A program made the position numbers and the translations under genes. Below, piece after piece: positions 12,019-24,837 of a DNA stretch of 64,000 bases. Under the pieces are notes generated by a model. That model made no database searches, was not told the origin of the DNA, and saw nothing but the letters and a program-made list of their open reading frames with translations. This DNA is from Octopus sinensis (Eukaryota): positions 171,368,001 through 171,432,000 of the forward strand of contig NC_042997.1 of the NCBI RefSeq assembly GCF_006345805.1. Direction: 5' to 3'. How positions within the stretch are numbered: the stretch's first letter is position 1; each line of letters starts with the position of its first letter.

Positions 12019-12093
12019 TTGCCTTGATAACTGAAGAGATGTTGGAGCAGGTTTCCGCCCTGACATCTGAAACTCAGAGTTTTATTATGGCAA
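12019..12093 (+). ncRNA. Type I hammerhead ribozyme, right arm
   Basis: UUGCCUUGAUAA-CUGAAGA-GAUGUUGGAG(loop)CCCUGACAUC-U-GAAAC-UCAGA-GUU-UUAUUAUGGCAA. Stem I is 12 bp with 1 mismatch. Predicted cleavage after 12081. One extra nt before GAAA. Confidence 0.75.
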
Positions 12094-12194
12094 CCTAATA
12101 ATTGTCATATATTATATTACAGATATATAAATATATATATATATATATGCACACACACACACACAACACACACACACACACAAACACACACATA

Positions 12195-12410
12195 CAAGGG
12201 GGTGCTGAAAAATTCTTGCTTTTGCATAAAAGAAAATACAGGAGGGTCAGTTAATTACGATTTTATCCAACATATTCCTCTCTCAGATTCACATACTTAT
12301 TGCAGTGGTCCTTCAGTTTTTCTAAGCCATGTTAAAAAACTCTGAAGGTTGGGCCTTCAACCAGGCCTTTCTTGACACCCTTAAAGCCAAGAATTTTTCA
12401 GTACCCACAC
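12195..12410. mobile_element. Mariner-type MITE
   Basis: TA|caagggggtgctgaaaaattcttgcttt ... aaagccaagaatttttcagtaccc. Confidence 0.75.
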
Positions 12411-12415
12411 ATATA

Positions 12416-12650
12416 CAGGGTGACCCAAAAGCAGGCTTACAGTTATCATGTAGGCACTTTAAATTTCTTTTAAAACATTTTATTACATTTAAATTTCTAT
12501 CTTACAAACTGAAAAGGGATCCTGACAAAATTAACTAAATTAGCATAGAATAATGGTTTCATATTTTTTTATAATTAAGATCTAAACTGTTAATATATGA
12601 ATGCAAAAGAAATAGTTGAATAACTGCAAACCTACTTTTGGGCCACCCTG
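12416..12650. mobile_element. Tc1/mariner-type MITE
   Basis: TA|cagggtgacccaaaag ... cttttgggccaccctg|TA. Confidence 0.85.
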
Positions 12651-12769
12651 TATACAAATAGAGGGAAAGGGAAGGATACTTAATACATAGTGTTCATATG
12701 TACAAAGACATCTGAATGATTGTATACGATTCATGCATGTGTGAAACTGAGTGATGAATGAGAAAATCA

Positions 12770-12836
<67 letters not shown>

Positions 12837-12923
12837 GTAATTTATGGGAGAAAAATTTTTCAGCTCAAACTCCCTGTGTATATTGGTTACTCATTTTTGC
12901 AGTCAGTCAATATAAAAGGCAAA

Positions 12924-12958
<35 letters not shown>

Positions 12959-13094
12959 CATTGATTGTTCACCAATGCATCAAGCTGTTCCTGAAATAAT
13001 GAGACATAAAAAAAATCATTAAATTTAGTATGAACATCGTGTATATATATATTCTGCTACAATAATAGCAATAAGTATGAACAACCTGTATATA

Positions 13095-13162
<68 letters not shown>

Positions 13163-13189
13163 TTAAGTAGGTGAATGAATTATCATAAT

Positions 13190-13560
13190 ATGGAAAATTC
13201 GGTTAACCGATACCTGGGTAGCAAATTCACGTCAGAAAACACGGTTGAAGCTACATATCAAGGGTACGAACACCGTGTTCTTGTGTGTAAATTTGTGTGT
13301 TTTTTTTATATGAATAAATGAAAGAATGGAGTCGAACGAATATTTTAACAAAATTCCTTTACTCTCGACACATGTTTCGAAGACTGCATACTCTTAATTC
13401 TGAAGGAATAAAAGGTGCATTATGCCGTCTTCTCCTCAGGAAAGACAAGGAACCTCTATCAGTCTCAAAACGAACAAAAACTTTCTGATGACTGCCTACA
13501 TTGTGTCCATATATACTTTATAATTAGGGTTCAGCAAAGATTTGCTTTAGTAATACTTTA
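13190..13560 (-). mobile_element. Penelope-like element terminal (pLTR-like) fragment
   Basis: CpG-rich segment between (TA)n tracts that carries a canonical type I hammerhead, a known hallmark of PLE termini. Confidence 0.6.
13353..13453 (-). ncRNA. Canonical type I hammerhead ribozyme
   Basis: Minus strand: GUUCCUUGUCUUUC-CUGAGGA-GAAGAC.GCAUA(loop)UAUGC.GUCUUC-GAAAC-AUGU-GUC-GAGAGUAAAGGAAU. All core nucleotides are present; predicted cleavage between 13367 and 13366. Confidence 0.85.
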
Positions 13561-13579
13561 TAATTATATATATATATAT

Positions 13580-13790
13580 ATAATAATAATATGAGGGAAT
13601 ATTATTCCAAACTTACATATATATTCTACCAAATATATTCGTTTTATTTTGCACATTACTTAATCATTGTTATATGTTTTATCTTATATTTAATCTTTAT
13701 GTAATTTTTGTAATTTATGTAATTTTTCTAAATGGCATAATTTAATTTTTCATTATTGAATTGATAAAAGGTGCTTTTTCTCTAATTTAT
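13580..13790. repeat. AT-rich interspersed repeat, homologous to 58880-59145
   Basis: Both loci contain gagggaat..atccaaacttaca. 13620-13780 is the reverse complement of about 58990-59145. Confidence 0.65.
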
Positions 13791-14585
13791 ATATATATAT
13801 ATTTGTGTGTCTGTGTTTGTCCCCCTCACCATCACTTGATAACCGATGTTGGTGTGTTTACATCCCAGTAACTTAGTGGTTTGGCAAAAGAGGCTGATAA
13901 AATAGGTACTAGGCTTACAAAGGATAAGGTCGATTTCTTTGGCTAAAGGCAATGCTCCAGCATGGCTGCAGTCAAATGGCTGAAATGAATAAATAAAAGA
14001 ATATATAAAAGTGTCTGTGCAATGCCATGTAAAAGCACCTGTGCTGTGCCACATTAAAGCACCCATACAGTCCCACATGAAAGCATTCATGTAGTGCCAT
14101 GTGAAAGCACTCAGCACACTCTGTAAAGTTGTAGGCATTAGGAAGGGCATCAAGCTGTAGAAACCATATCAAATCAGAATAGAGTTTGGTGCAGCTCCCC
14201 AGCTTGCCAGCTCAGGTCAAACCATCTAATCCTTGCCAGCATCGAGAACAGACGTTAAATGGTGATGATGTACTGTACTATTTTTTAGACTAGTATCCAG
14301 GAACTAAGACAATTATTAGTGAACTTTTGTAGTAACTGGAGAAGCAAAAGCCTAACAGAAAACTCTTTTAGAGTTTAACAGCAGGGTATATCGATATAAA
14401 AATTCTCTCAGGTAATGTAACAATGAAAATATTAACAACAACAACAAAAGAAAAAAATGTGAGTCTACAGTCATCACATTTTCTGTTCTGGACAGAGTCA
14501 TGATTCAAACTGTATAATTTGTTTTGAATATAATGTCATAAAACACACACCTTCATACTGATCTGGTAATAAACAGATTTATTCT

Positions 14586-14997
14586 TATTTCTTTATTGCC
14601 CACAAGGAGCTAAGCATAGAGGGGACAAACGAGGACAGACAAACGGATTTAGTCGATTATATCAACCCCCAGTGCATAACTGGTACTTAATTTATTGACC
14701 CCAAAAGGATGAAAGGCTAAGTCAACCTTGGCGGTATTTGAACTCAGAACGTAATGGCAGGTGAAATACCTATTTCTTTACTACCTACAAGGGGCTAAAC
14801 ACAGAGGGGACAAACAAGGACAGACAAACTGATTAAGTCGATTATATCGACCCCCAGGGCGTAACTGGTACTTGATTTATCGACCCCAAAAGGATGAAAG
14901 GCAAAGTCAACCTCGGCAGAATTTGAACTCAGAACATAATGGCAGGCGAAATACTCCTAAGCATTTCATGCAGCGTGCTAACATTTCTGCCAGCTCG
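14586..14997 (-). mobile_element. Two tandem family A SINEs
   Basis: Two successive tatttcttta..cc.acaagg...gaactcagaac units. Confidence 0.85.
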
Positions 14998-15574
14998 CAG
15001 ATTTATTCTTGTCAGGCAGATACATTAGGAAATGCATTATCCATTTTTGTGGCAACAGATGCAGCACTATTGACGACATGCGTTGTGTGACATGCCATCA
15101 TCTTTCTTATGTTTCTCTAACTACTGTGAAAGTCCATTGACGATTGCTCAGTCTCCAAATCCCTGAAATTCTGTATGAAACTAATGTCATGAAATTGAAC
15201 GGTATTAAGTTTATAAATACCCATTACCTGAGAGAAATATATCTCATGGTACAATTAAATAAAGGATACAGTTGACCAATGAGAAGCTATTCAATTGAAT
15301 CTCATTTGTACCATCATTGAGAAGAAACTGACATTAAGCTTCAAACTGCTGCTGATGAGTGAGGATGTTATTTCACAAGAGCATACTTCATTTTCTCTAA
15401 CCTAATCGGATAATCATTTAAGATAGACACTGAAATTACAAGCACAATGTTAAGTGTACATTACACCTATGGATCAATGGATACCTTTTTGAAACTAGCA
15501 TGTGTATTTGAAATAGCTAGAGAACTTTCACAAAGAAAACCTCTGTACTTTATTCTCCTCATTAATTAGTATAA

Positions 15575-15963
15575 TCTCTCTATATATAAAGCTGAAGTTG
15601 TCTGTGTATGGCAGGTTTGGTAGCCTTCAACTAACACTATCTCCTCTGAGACTCTGCGGCGCAAGTTGACCAAAATTGAGACTATGATAGAAGGCTTGCT
15701 CTTCTTTCCATAGAAGAAAAAATTCAAATCAGGCCATGTTAACACCAAAAATTATTTACATCGAAAATGTGCTTTTTTTCTATGAAAATCCCTATTTTTT
15801 ACGATTTTTTGACTGCTGTGTTGCCATTTTTCGGTGTATTTCAACCAGAAAAATGTTCACTTAAAGAGAATAACAAGCTACATAATGCAAAATTTTTACT
15901 TTTCAAAAATTCCAATTCTAAATGGTAGAAACAAACTTGAGCAACGCCAGGCAATACTGCTAG
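15575..15963 (+). mobile_element. Non-autonomous Helitron
   Basis: A|TCtctctatatataaag at the 5' end; gagcaacgccaggcaatactgCTAG|T at the 3' end. AT target and no TSD. Confidence 0.75.
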
Positions 15964-16839
15964 TAATTTGATAAACTTTGAAGTTATTCTCAAGAAAGGT
16001 CTTATTAAAAAAGTTACCTCTTTACACAACCACAATCAGATTAAGACCTATAGAGGCTCTAAGCACTTAAAAGATTTTGGTGCGCCTATACATATGTAAT
16101 TCAAAATATAAACAATAATAAACCATAAAATAAATTTTTATTTTTTCAAAATGAAACAAAAGTAACAATAAAATGGAAAATGATGTTTATTTTTGTTCAC
16201 TTCCACTTTATTTATATTTGAAAAGTTTTCTCCTATTTTTTTTTTTTAATTTTCAAAGTCTTTGATTAGATCCTCACTATGATGCCATGACCACTTTGGA
16301 ATTATATTTCCAATCATATAAACCACTTCGAATGCTGTTGCATCAACCTTTTACTTCTTTTTATATCCCTTATATTTTTTGTGCATAACTATTTGTTTTT
16401 TTTTTATGAAATAGATATTGCAAGTAGCAATTATTATTTTATTACATCTCTTATTTTTGCATGACTATTTTGCTTATCATTTATAGCCCATCTATTTTCA
16501 TACAAGCAATTTTTCTTTAAAGATTGTATTTGCAATCAGCCCTAAGCTTGTCTCTGAAAGGGAGCTCAGTGATGACATGCAACAAATGGTACAAGAATAG
16601 TTAACAACTTATGTTTAACTTGCAACTGACTAGGAGTTATTAACATAGCAGTAGCCATGATATTTGAGAGAGAGGTCAAGAAAAAAAAGGCAAAATCAAG
16701 GTAAGTCCTCATCAAGAAAATAGGTCTTTGTAAAGAAATGACAGCTGATAAATCAGATAAAGATAGGAATATCAGTATGTCTATGGCAATTAGAAAAATT
16801 AGGGAGTTAGCAGATAAGTTAAGAACAATTTTTCATTAT

Positions 16840-17155
16840 TTATATGCCATTTTCAAGCCTAGCTAGGCTCATGGGCCCAGTTTTCCGGTTTCTATGGCAT
16901 ATGTGCTCCCCCCAGCTGGATGGGACACCAGTCCATCGTAGCGTTACTCAAAAAACAGGAAGAAAGAGTAAAAGAATGTTGGGGTGAAAGAGTACAACAG
17001 GGGTCGCCACCTCCCCCTGCCAGAGCCTTGTGGAGCTTTAGGTGTTTTCGCTCAATAAACACACATAATGCCTGGCCTAGGAATCAAAACTACAATCCTC
17101 AGACTGCGAGTCCACTGCCCTAACCACTGGGCCATTGTGCCACCACAATTACTGA
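16840..17155 (-). mobile_element. tRNA-derived SINE family D (head-only plus-strand copy at 18027-18140)
   Basis: Head ggcgcaatggcccgatggttagagcagcggactc...ggtttcgattccc contains A and B boxes. Confidence 0.75.
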
Positions 17156-18264
17156 AAAATTAGATGATGAAATGAAAGTAGAAGAAATCCTAAATCAAAG
17201 GCTTGAAAGGGAACATATATGAGAATAATTGGCAGCAGCATGGCTATGAGGCCATCTCTTCTTAACTATGTGGTTTTAGATTCAATCTCATTGCATGGCA
17301 CCTTGGCCAAGTATCTTCTAACATAACCCTGGCTGACCAAATATATATATATATATATAAGTGTGTGTGTGTGTGTGTGTGCTTATACACATCTCTCTCA
17401 CTCTCTCTCCCTCTCTCTCTGAACATCAAATAATTGTTGGAAAGAAGTTTTACTTCTCTAAGAGCAAGCTATTATGTTCTTCATCAGTTAACCAATTGTT
17501 GTTTTGTTGTCCAAGCCCTGGTTGTCTCATTGTCCAAATCAGACCTCAGGATTAGTCTTTGGTTTGAGATCCAAACTCTCAGTTGGTCCTAATGGCATTT
17601 AGGAACAACAGGCTGTGCTATATTCTGATCACACACAATATAGGACTTAGGACTGCAGCCACAGTTCCCAATAGCTGGCATAATTCAGTCACAAAATTCT
17701 GAGTCAAAACTGAAGATCTGAGCCTGAAATAATCCTTATTTCAGGTTCTGGACTCAGTAAAATATATCCACTGAATGTTTTTTCAGTTTGCTGTTACATT
17801 CACATCAATCTTACAGCAAGATGCTTGATGCAAATTGTAGAATTTTAGCCAGACCTCTTTTAGTTATAAATGAGCCTTGAATCTCAAGCAAAGGCTGAAA
17901 CCAGGTTTAAATACCAAACTTTTGTCCATAACTTTTTGCAGTTGGTTACCAGTTTGCCCTATTATTTCCTTTTTGTATTTGTATTTCATTTTGTGACTCT
18001 CATGTTCTTAATTGTTCTTAACATTGTGGAGGCGCAATGGCCCGATGGTTAGAGCAGCGGACTCGCCGTCAGAGGATCGCGGTTTCGATTCCCAGATCAG
18101 GCGTTGTGTGTGTTTATTGAATGGAAACACCTAAAGCACCTTCTTCTTTTGTCACAGTTCAAGCGTTCTTTCTTGATATGTAACTGGAATTTCACGAATT
18201 CTTTTCACTGGAATCAGTTTGTACCCATGATCTAAAAACTGGGAATTGTTACTCTTTTTCTCTT

Positions 18265-18655
18265 TTACTTGCTTCAGTCATTTGACTGTGGCCATGCTGG
18301 AGCACCGCCTTTAGTCGAGCAAATCGACCCCAGGACTTATTCTTTGTAAGCCTAGTACTTATCCTATCGGTCTCTTTTACCGAACTGCTAAGTGACGGGG
18401 ACATAAACACATCAGCATCGGTTGTTAAGCAATGCTAGGGGGACAAACATACATACACACACACACATATATATATACATATATACGATGGGCTTCTTTC
18501 AGTTTCCGTCTACCAAATCCACTCACAAGGCTTTGGTCAGCCCGAGGTTATAGTAGAAGACACTTGCTCAAGATGCCATGCAGTGGGACTGAACCCAGAG
18601 CCATGTGGTTGGTAAGCAGACTACTTACCACACAGCCACTCCTGTGCCTGTTGCA
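18265..18655 (-). mobile_element. SINE family B, tail type 1, near complete
   Basis: Matches 4617-5050. Confidence 0.85.
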
Positions 18656-20869
18656 TATTTCTAACTATTTAAAAGTCCCAGATATAGATACAAAAGCTGT
18701 TCTAGTTTAAATCCAGTTAACTCTCCATTCACTTTCAATTGAATTTTAATAGACTTGTCTTTAATTTCATTTGCTGTTTGTAATGTAATATTCCTCAAAA
18801 CTGGATGTTTTATCAGTCATCTTTTACTTACTTCAGTCATTGGATTGCAGTCATACTGGGATCCACCTTGATGGGTTTAGTTGAATAAATCATTTCCATT
18901 CTGTATATTTAAGGTGAGAGGGACAAGCACTTACACCGCCTGACTGGCCCTCGTGCCGGTGGCATGTAAAAGCACCCACTACACTCTCGGAGTGGTTGGC
19001 GTTAGGAAGGGCATCCAGCTGCAGAAACTGTGCCAGATCAGATTGGAGTCTGGTGCAGCCATCTGGTTCACCAGACCTCAGTCAAATCGTCCAACATTTC
19101 AACATCATGGAAAACGGACGTTAAATGATGATGCTGATGCTGATGATGATGTACACTCATGATGGAAACTTCTGCCTACCAAATTCAATCACAAGGTTTC
19201 AGTTGGCCCAAAACTATAGCAGAAGACACTTGCCTAAGTGGGACTGAACCCAAAACCATGTGGCTGGGAAGCAAGTTTCCTAAACACACAGCCATACCCT
19301 TACCAGCACAGAAAATGAACATTAAATGACGATGATGATGATTTTTAAGTTTGGTATTTATCCTATCATAATCTTTTGCTGAACTGCTAAGTTACTGGTT
19401 CATAACCAACAAGGTGATGGGGTGGGGGTGGGAACAAACACAAAGCCACACACACACATTTTTATGAAGAGCTTCCACACAGTTTCCATCGACCAAGTTC
19501 ACTCACAAAGCATTGGTCAGCCCAAGACTATAGCAGAAGACACGTGCTCAAGGTGCCATAATGGAGGACTTAAATTCAAAGCCACAAGGTTGCAAAGTGA
19601 GCTTCTTAACCATGCAGCCATGCCTGCACCTGTTTGCTTAATTTTTCTTTTCAAATTGTATTTATTATTTTTCTGTTATTATCCATCCTTATTTTGATTT
19701 AATCTGAATCAGAATTCTTTCAAAAATGATCTTTCTTACAGCTACAATTACATTCTACGCATTTTTTCCTTTGTTCAATATTTCATTCTTCCTCTATTCA
19801 ATCTCATGGCCAAAATTTTCAGACTCAGGCTTTCGTTTTAATAAATTTGAAGAACTTTCAATAACTGTATTTATTGCTATTAGAATTTTCAATGTTTTTC
19901 TAGTGTAGAGTTTTGTTTCTCTCAAAATTATTTACCACACATTTTTCGTATATGTGTCCATAATCAATCTGTCTCTTACAGAATTTGTAAAGTCTACCAA
20001 TTTCTGAATTTTATTTTTCTGCAACAGATTGGTACTACTCATTCCACTCATTTGATAGAAACTGAAAAAAATTTTATATTTCAACATCACAAGAATTCTC
20101 TTCCTCAAAATGTGTTACCTATTTTTGTATGACTTTGAAAAATTTACATTTTGCATCATCAAAGCATTAGCCAATTTAAACATTTTTACCACCAGTTCCA
20201 GTGATAAAATATTTCAATTTTACATCTTCATTGGTAAATCTGTTTTTAGATCAAAATAAGTCTCCATTCTGATCACAAAAATCTTTTTATTTCAGAATGT
20301 TGGAAACTTTTTTTTTTTCTATGAAATAACCTGAACTTATCTAGATATTTCTTCAGCCAATCTAATATCATAATTTCATAATTTTTAAACAAACGACCTC
20401 AAAAAAAATATATTCTTCTAAAAATTAAGAATTTATCACCATTTTTTTTTCCGTTTTGCAAAACCTGTTGCTAATTTTTGTGGAAAAGTTTTCATATCTA
20501 TCTTTTTTTTCTCAAAGTCTTCAGTGCTACATTTTTCAGGCTAACTTCATCTTGTTCCCACTTTTTTGTTGTGTTTATTTCTTAGTTACAGTACAATCTG
20601 CAAGTATAATAAAAGCAAATTCTACAATTATTGACAGGAATATATAATAAAAAATTGTTTTCAAATCTTGCCACAAGGGAGAGGATAAATCGATTACATC
20701 GACTCCAGTGTTTCACTGGTACTTAATTTATTAGGATATAATAATGAAAATAAAGCAATGAACCTCAGTAATTAGTTGATATCATTGTACAACATTTCGG
20801 CTAAAGAGTGTAACCCTTTGCCAAAATAATCATGTTTTATTATATCTAAGATCACAGGTTATTGGTATA

Positions 20870-21018
20870 GCTGTGTACCAAAAAGTTTGCTTGCCAAATG
20901 CATGGTCTCAGGTTCAGTTATACTGTGTGGCAACTTGGGCAAGTGTCTTCTAATATAGCATCCAGGCAACCAAGGCTTTGTGAGTGGATTTGATAGATGG
21001 AAACTGAAAGCCTGTCCA

Positions 21019-21059
<41 letters not shown>

Positions 21060-21305
21060 TGTGCATGTGTGTGTGTATGTGAATGTGAGCATGTGTGTGT
21101 GTGTGTGTGCATTACTGTCTCCTTGTCATGTGATGTCATGCAATCTTCAATCTTCTATGACAACAAATCTAGTCATGGGGAATATTACCTTACTTGGAAA
21201 CAGGTGAAGGTTGGCAAGAGGAAGGGCATCTGGCTATAGAAAATCTGACTCATCAAATTCTGTCTGATCCATGAAAGCATGGAAATGTAGAAGTTAAACT
21301 ATGAT
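20870..21305 (+). mobile_element. SINE family B with RTE-type tail
   Basis: Head, (GT)n, then ggggaatattaccttacttggaaacaggtgaaggttggcaagaggaagggcatctggct...gttaaactatgatgat. Confidence 0.8.
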
Positions 21306-22269
21306 GATATATGGAGTATATTTTTCCATTCAGCCAGCTCAATTTATGTACCAACCCACAAGTGATATCAGCTATTGCTACATAATGGAGGGCTAAACAA
21401 GTAGCTGTCTTTAGTTGAACTGTGGCTGAGGAGATGAATAATCTCTGAAACATCTCAATGTTATGTAAATTAACTTGTGATAAGTATTCTATAGCTCCTA
21501 TTTGTGATATATTTGTAGTCTATTCTTCCTGTTATTTTTAAATTCACACACACATATTCAAATGAAATACAACAGTAAAGTCACAATAAAGTATGTGAGA
21601 ATTGTGTATATATATATTACACACTTTGCTATATTAGTACAAAATGTATACATGTATGTGTGAATGATTTTGTTTTACCTCTCATCTTCACATGTGTATG
21701 GTGACTGTAAACAAAAGCCTTACCAGTCAAGACCAATGGTGTTCGTCTGCAGTCTACTGCAAAAGCATATGCAGGCTACATGTCATGTCATGACAGGTTG
21801 CGAGCTGAATATCCACAAAAGCCTCACCATTCATGCAAACAATCTCATTTGTTTACAGTCTTCCAGGAAAGGATGTCTGGACTGTTTGTTGTTCAATAAA
21901 CTGTGGTATTTATTGTCTTGCATAGAAACAGATGCGAGATATCAGAAATGATATCTGGTCATAGAAAGCTTACCTCAAGTAATCTCAATTGATCAATCCA
22001 AACATGGAAAACTAGACTTTAAAGCAGTGTTTCTCAAATGGTTCCTACAGGTTCCGTAAGAAAGAGTGAGATAAGCTAATGCTAATTTCATGATTGTAAT
22101 ATTACTATACATGCACAACATATTATTGGTTATTGTAATATTCTTTTCTGCTCTAGGCACAAGGCACAAAATTTTGGGGGAGAGGGGCAGTCGATTAAAT
22201 TGACTCCAGTACTGGTACTTAATTTATTAACCCCGAGAGGATTTATGGACACCCTATATATGCATATAC

Positions 22270-22319
<50 letters not shown>

Positions 22320-22630
22320 ATGGCTCAGTGGTTAGAGCATCGAACTTATGATCATGAGGTTGTGAGCTCGAATCCCGGACCAGGCTGCATGTTGTGTTCT
22401 TGAGCAAGACACTTTATTTCACGTCGCTCCAGTTCACTCAGCTGTAGAAATGAGTTGCGATGTCAGAGGTGCCAAGCTGTATCGGCCGTTGCCTTTTCCT
22501 TGGATAACACTGGTGGCGTGGGGGAGGGGCGGGCTGGTATGCATGAGCGACTGCTGGTCTTCCCTAAATAACTTTGCCTGGGAGGGTAACCTTCTAGGTG
22601 CAATCCCATGGTCTGTGTCATGACCGAAGG
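22320..22630 (+). mobile_element. tRNA-derived SINE family C (other copies about 29225-29555 minus, 45374-45560 plus, 58545-58820 plus)
   Basis: tggctcagtggttagagc (A box), gctcgaatccc (B box), then ttcttgagcaagacactttatttcac core. Confidence 0.75.
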
Positions 22631-22744
22631 GGTCTCAGAATATATATATATGTATATATGTGCAGGAGAACAGAGGAGAGAGCGGGAAAATAGCAGTGGT
22701 GAGCATGGATATGTTGTAGGGGAGAGAGGGGTCATGGACATGGA

Positions 22745-23410
22745 TTTTACTTTTGCTGGGCAAGTCTTCTCCAGCACAACATATCTTCAGTTGTCTCAAT
22801 CCCTTTCACCTCCTCCGTGAGACTCAGCATATGAAGATCATTTCTCACCACTTCATCCCATGTCCTCCTATGTCTACTTCTGCAGGTTCCTTCCACATTT
22901 AGAGATTGGCACTTATTTATGAAGCTTCTTATATTCAACTTAAACCATTTACACTTGTACATGTACACTGACTTTGCACATCTAGCAACGCATGCTGGTT
23001 TCTTTTATTTCAAGCCTTCACATGTCCTTTGCAGCCACAGCCCCTGTTTTTCTGCCATGTAGCACAGCTGTCCGTACACAGGTATCATACAATCACGAGC
23101 TGGCAGAAATGTTAGCATGCTGGGCAAAATGCTTAGCAGTATTTTGTCTGCTGCGTTCTGAGTTCAAATTCCGCCGAGGTCGACTTTGCCTTTCATCCTT
23201 TCAGGGTCGATAAATTAAGTACTGGTTACGCACTGGGGACGATATAATCGACTTAATCCGTTTGTCTGTCCTTGTTTGTCCTCTCTGTGTTTAGCCCCTT
23301 TTGGGTAGTAAAGAAATAGGTATCATACAATCATCTACCTTTCACCCTGAGGGAGAGCCCCTTTGTCACCAACAAAGGTAATAGCTCTCTGAACTTTGCT
23401 CAGCTGACTG
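22745..23410 (-). mobile_element. Old RTE ORF2 3' remnant interrupted by a family A SINE (23096-23318) with a 16-bp TSD
   Basis: Minus translation VEGTCRSRHRRTWDEVVRNDL. aggtatcatacaatca occurs at both 23080-23095 and 23318-23333. Confidence 0.8.
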
Positions 23411-24732
23411 CATTTTCCCCCCACCACTGCTTCACAGCTGGCGTTAGTTTGTTAGTTTGTTTACATCCCCATACATCTTGTACACATACAACATGTTTCC
23501 ATCTAGTTTCCACCATCCAGATTCACTCACAAGGCATTGGTTGGCCCAAAGCTATACTAGAAGACATTTGCCCCAGCTACCATACACAGGGATTGAACCC
23601 AAGACTACATAGTTGAAAAGAGGGTTTCTTAACCATACAGCCTTTTTTTTTCCAATGGTTCTTCTATATATTGAAACCTTTCTTTTTCATACATCTTACG
23701 ACATAATAAAACCATTCTTATTTGTTATTTAACATTACACCACAAATGGGAACAAGTGTTAAAACCTATTGTATGTTCAGTGACTGCCTGCTTTGTCATT
23801 ATACCTATATCAATAAATATGATTTTATTTTTCTGAACACTCTCTCCTGCAAAGTGTAAACCACATATTTCCTGTTTGTTGCTCACTAATGTAATTCCTC
23901 TCGCTTCATAAAAATATTTTTCTGTTTGCTTTTTATTATTTTGTTTTATTTGTTATTTGTAAATACATTTTTTTCTTTTTCTTTTCCTTTCATTTTTTTT
24001 TCTTTTTGTTTGTTTTGTTTGTTTGTTTGTTTGGGTGTGTAGAATTTTAACTCTGTCCTTTTAACATTCATTGAGAAGTTGTGTATATTTATTGAGAGAG
24101 GGGTTGAGAAGGTTTTGAAGCGTTAATGGATTCAGGACTGTTATCGCTTAACACTAAACATAAAGAACTAGATATGATAAATCATGTTATGTGTGTGTAT
24201 GTGTGTATTTGTCTATATATCTGTAGGTACACACACACACACATAATGTATGTGTACCTACAGATATATAGGTAATGTGTGTGTGTATGTGCAGGAGTAC
24301 TTGTTTCAATCATTGGACTGCAGCCATACAGGGGTACTGTCTTGAAGGGTCTTTGTTGATCAAATTGACCCTAGTGCTTATGTCATTTTTAAAAAAAAAT
24401 CTTATCCTTATTCTTTTGGTTGCTTTTGCTGAACCACCAAGTTATGGGGAAGTAAACAAACCAACACACCTGTTGTCTGTTAGGTGCGTATGTGTGTGCA
24501 TTAAACAAAGATACAAAGACACACACTCGTGCACACATGCTGGTGCTACATAAATGTATCCATGCCAGTGACATGTAAGAAGCATCCAGCAGACTCTATT
24601 AAGTGGTTGACATTAGAAAGGGCATCCAGCTGTAGAAACCATACCACAACAGATGGTTCCCTGCTAGCCAGCTCCATATCAAATCATCCAGTTTGTGTCA
24701 GCGTGGAAAGAGGACTTTAAACGATGATGATG

Positions 24733-24770
<38 letters not shown>

Positions 24771-24837
24771 ACACACAAAATGAGCTTTCACACAATTTCT
24801 ATTAAATAAATTCACTCACAGAGCATTCGTTGAGATC

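Larger units (their letters stand above)
10410..12125. mobile_element. Large inverted structure made of two hammerhead-bearing, Penelope-like non-coding arms
   Basis: About 10468-11150 is reverse-complementary to about 11440-12125 (about 85-90% in the unique 250 bp, by eye). Arms contain about 220-bp CA/TA-rich subrepeats. No genuine ORF. Confidence 0.8.

Noticed and set aside
10468-12125. Interpretation as a simple TA-flanked MITE or FB element
   Set aside because: The left arm continues beyond the apparent TIR end and the arms carry hammerheads, which favours a retroelement origin.
17440-17495. Minus-strand CUGAUGA followed by a weak stem
   Set aside because: No GAAA after the stem.
17753-17770. 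18-mer ctcagtaaaatatatcca shared with 36616-36633
   Set aside because: Flanks are unrelated, and an AT-rich 18-mer match is plausible by chance.
18027-18100. tRNA gene candidates (also 22320, 42687, 45374, 62737)
   Set aside because: A and B boxes are present, but there is no closed cloverleaf and each continues into a SINE body.
20785-20825. Minus-strand stem followed by GAAA
   Set aside because: The CUGANGA half is missing; at most a truncated relic.
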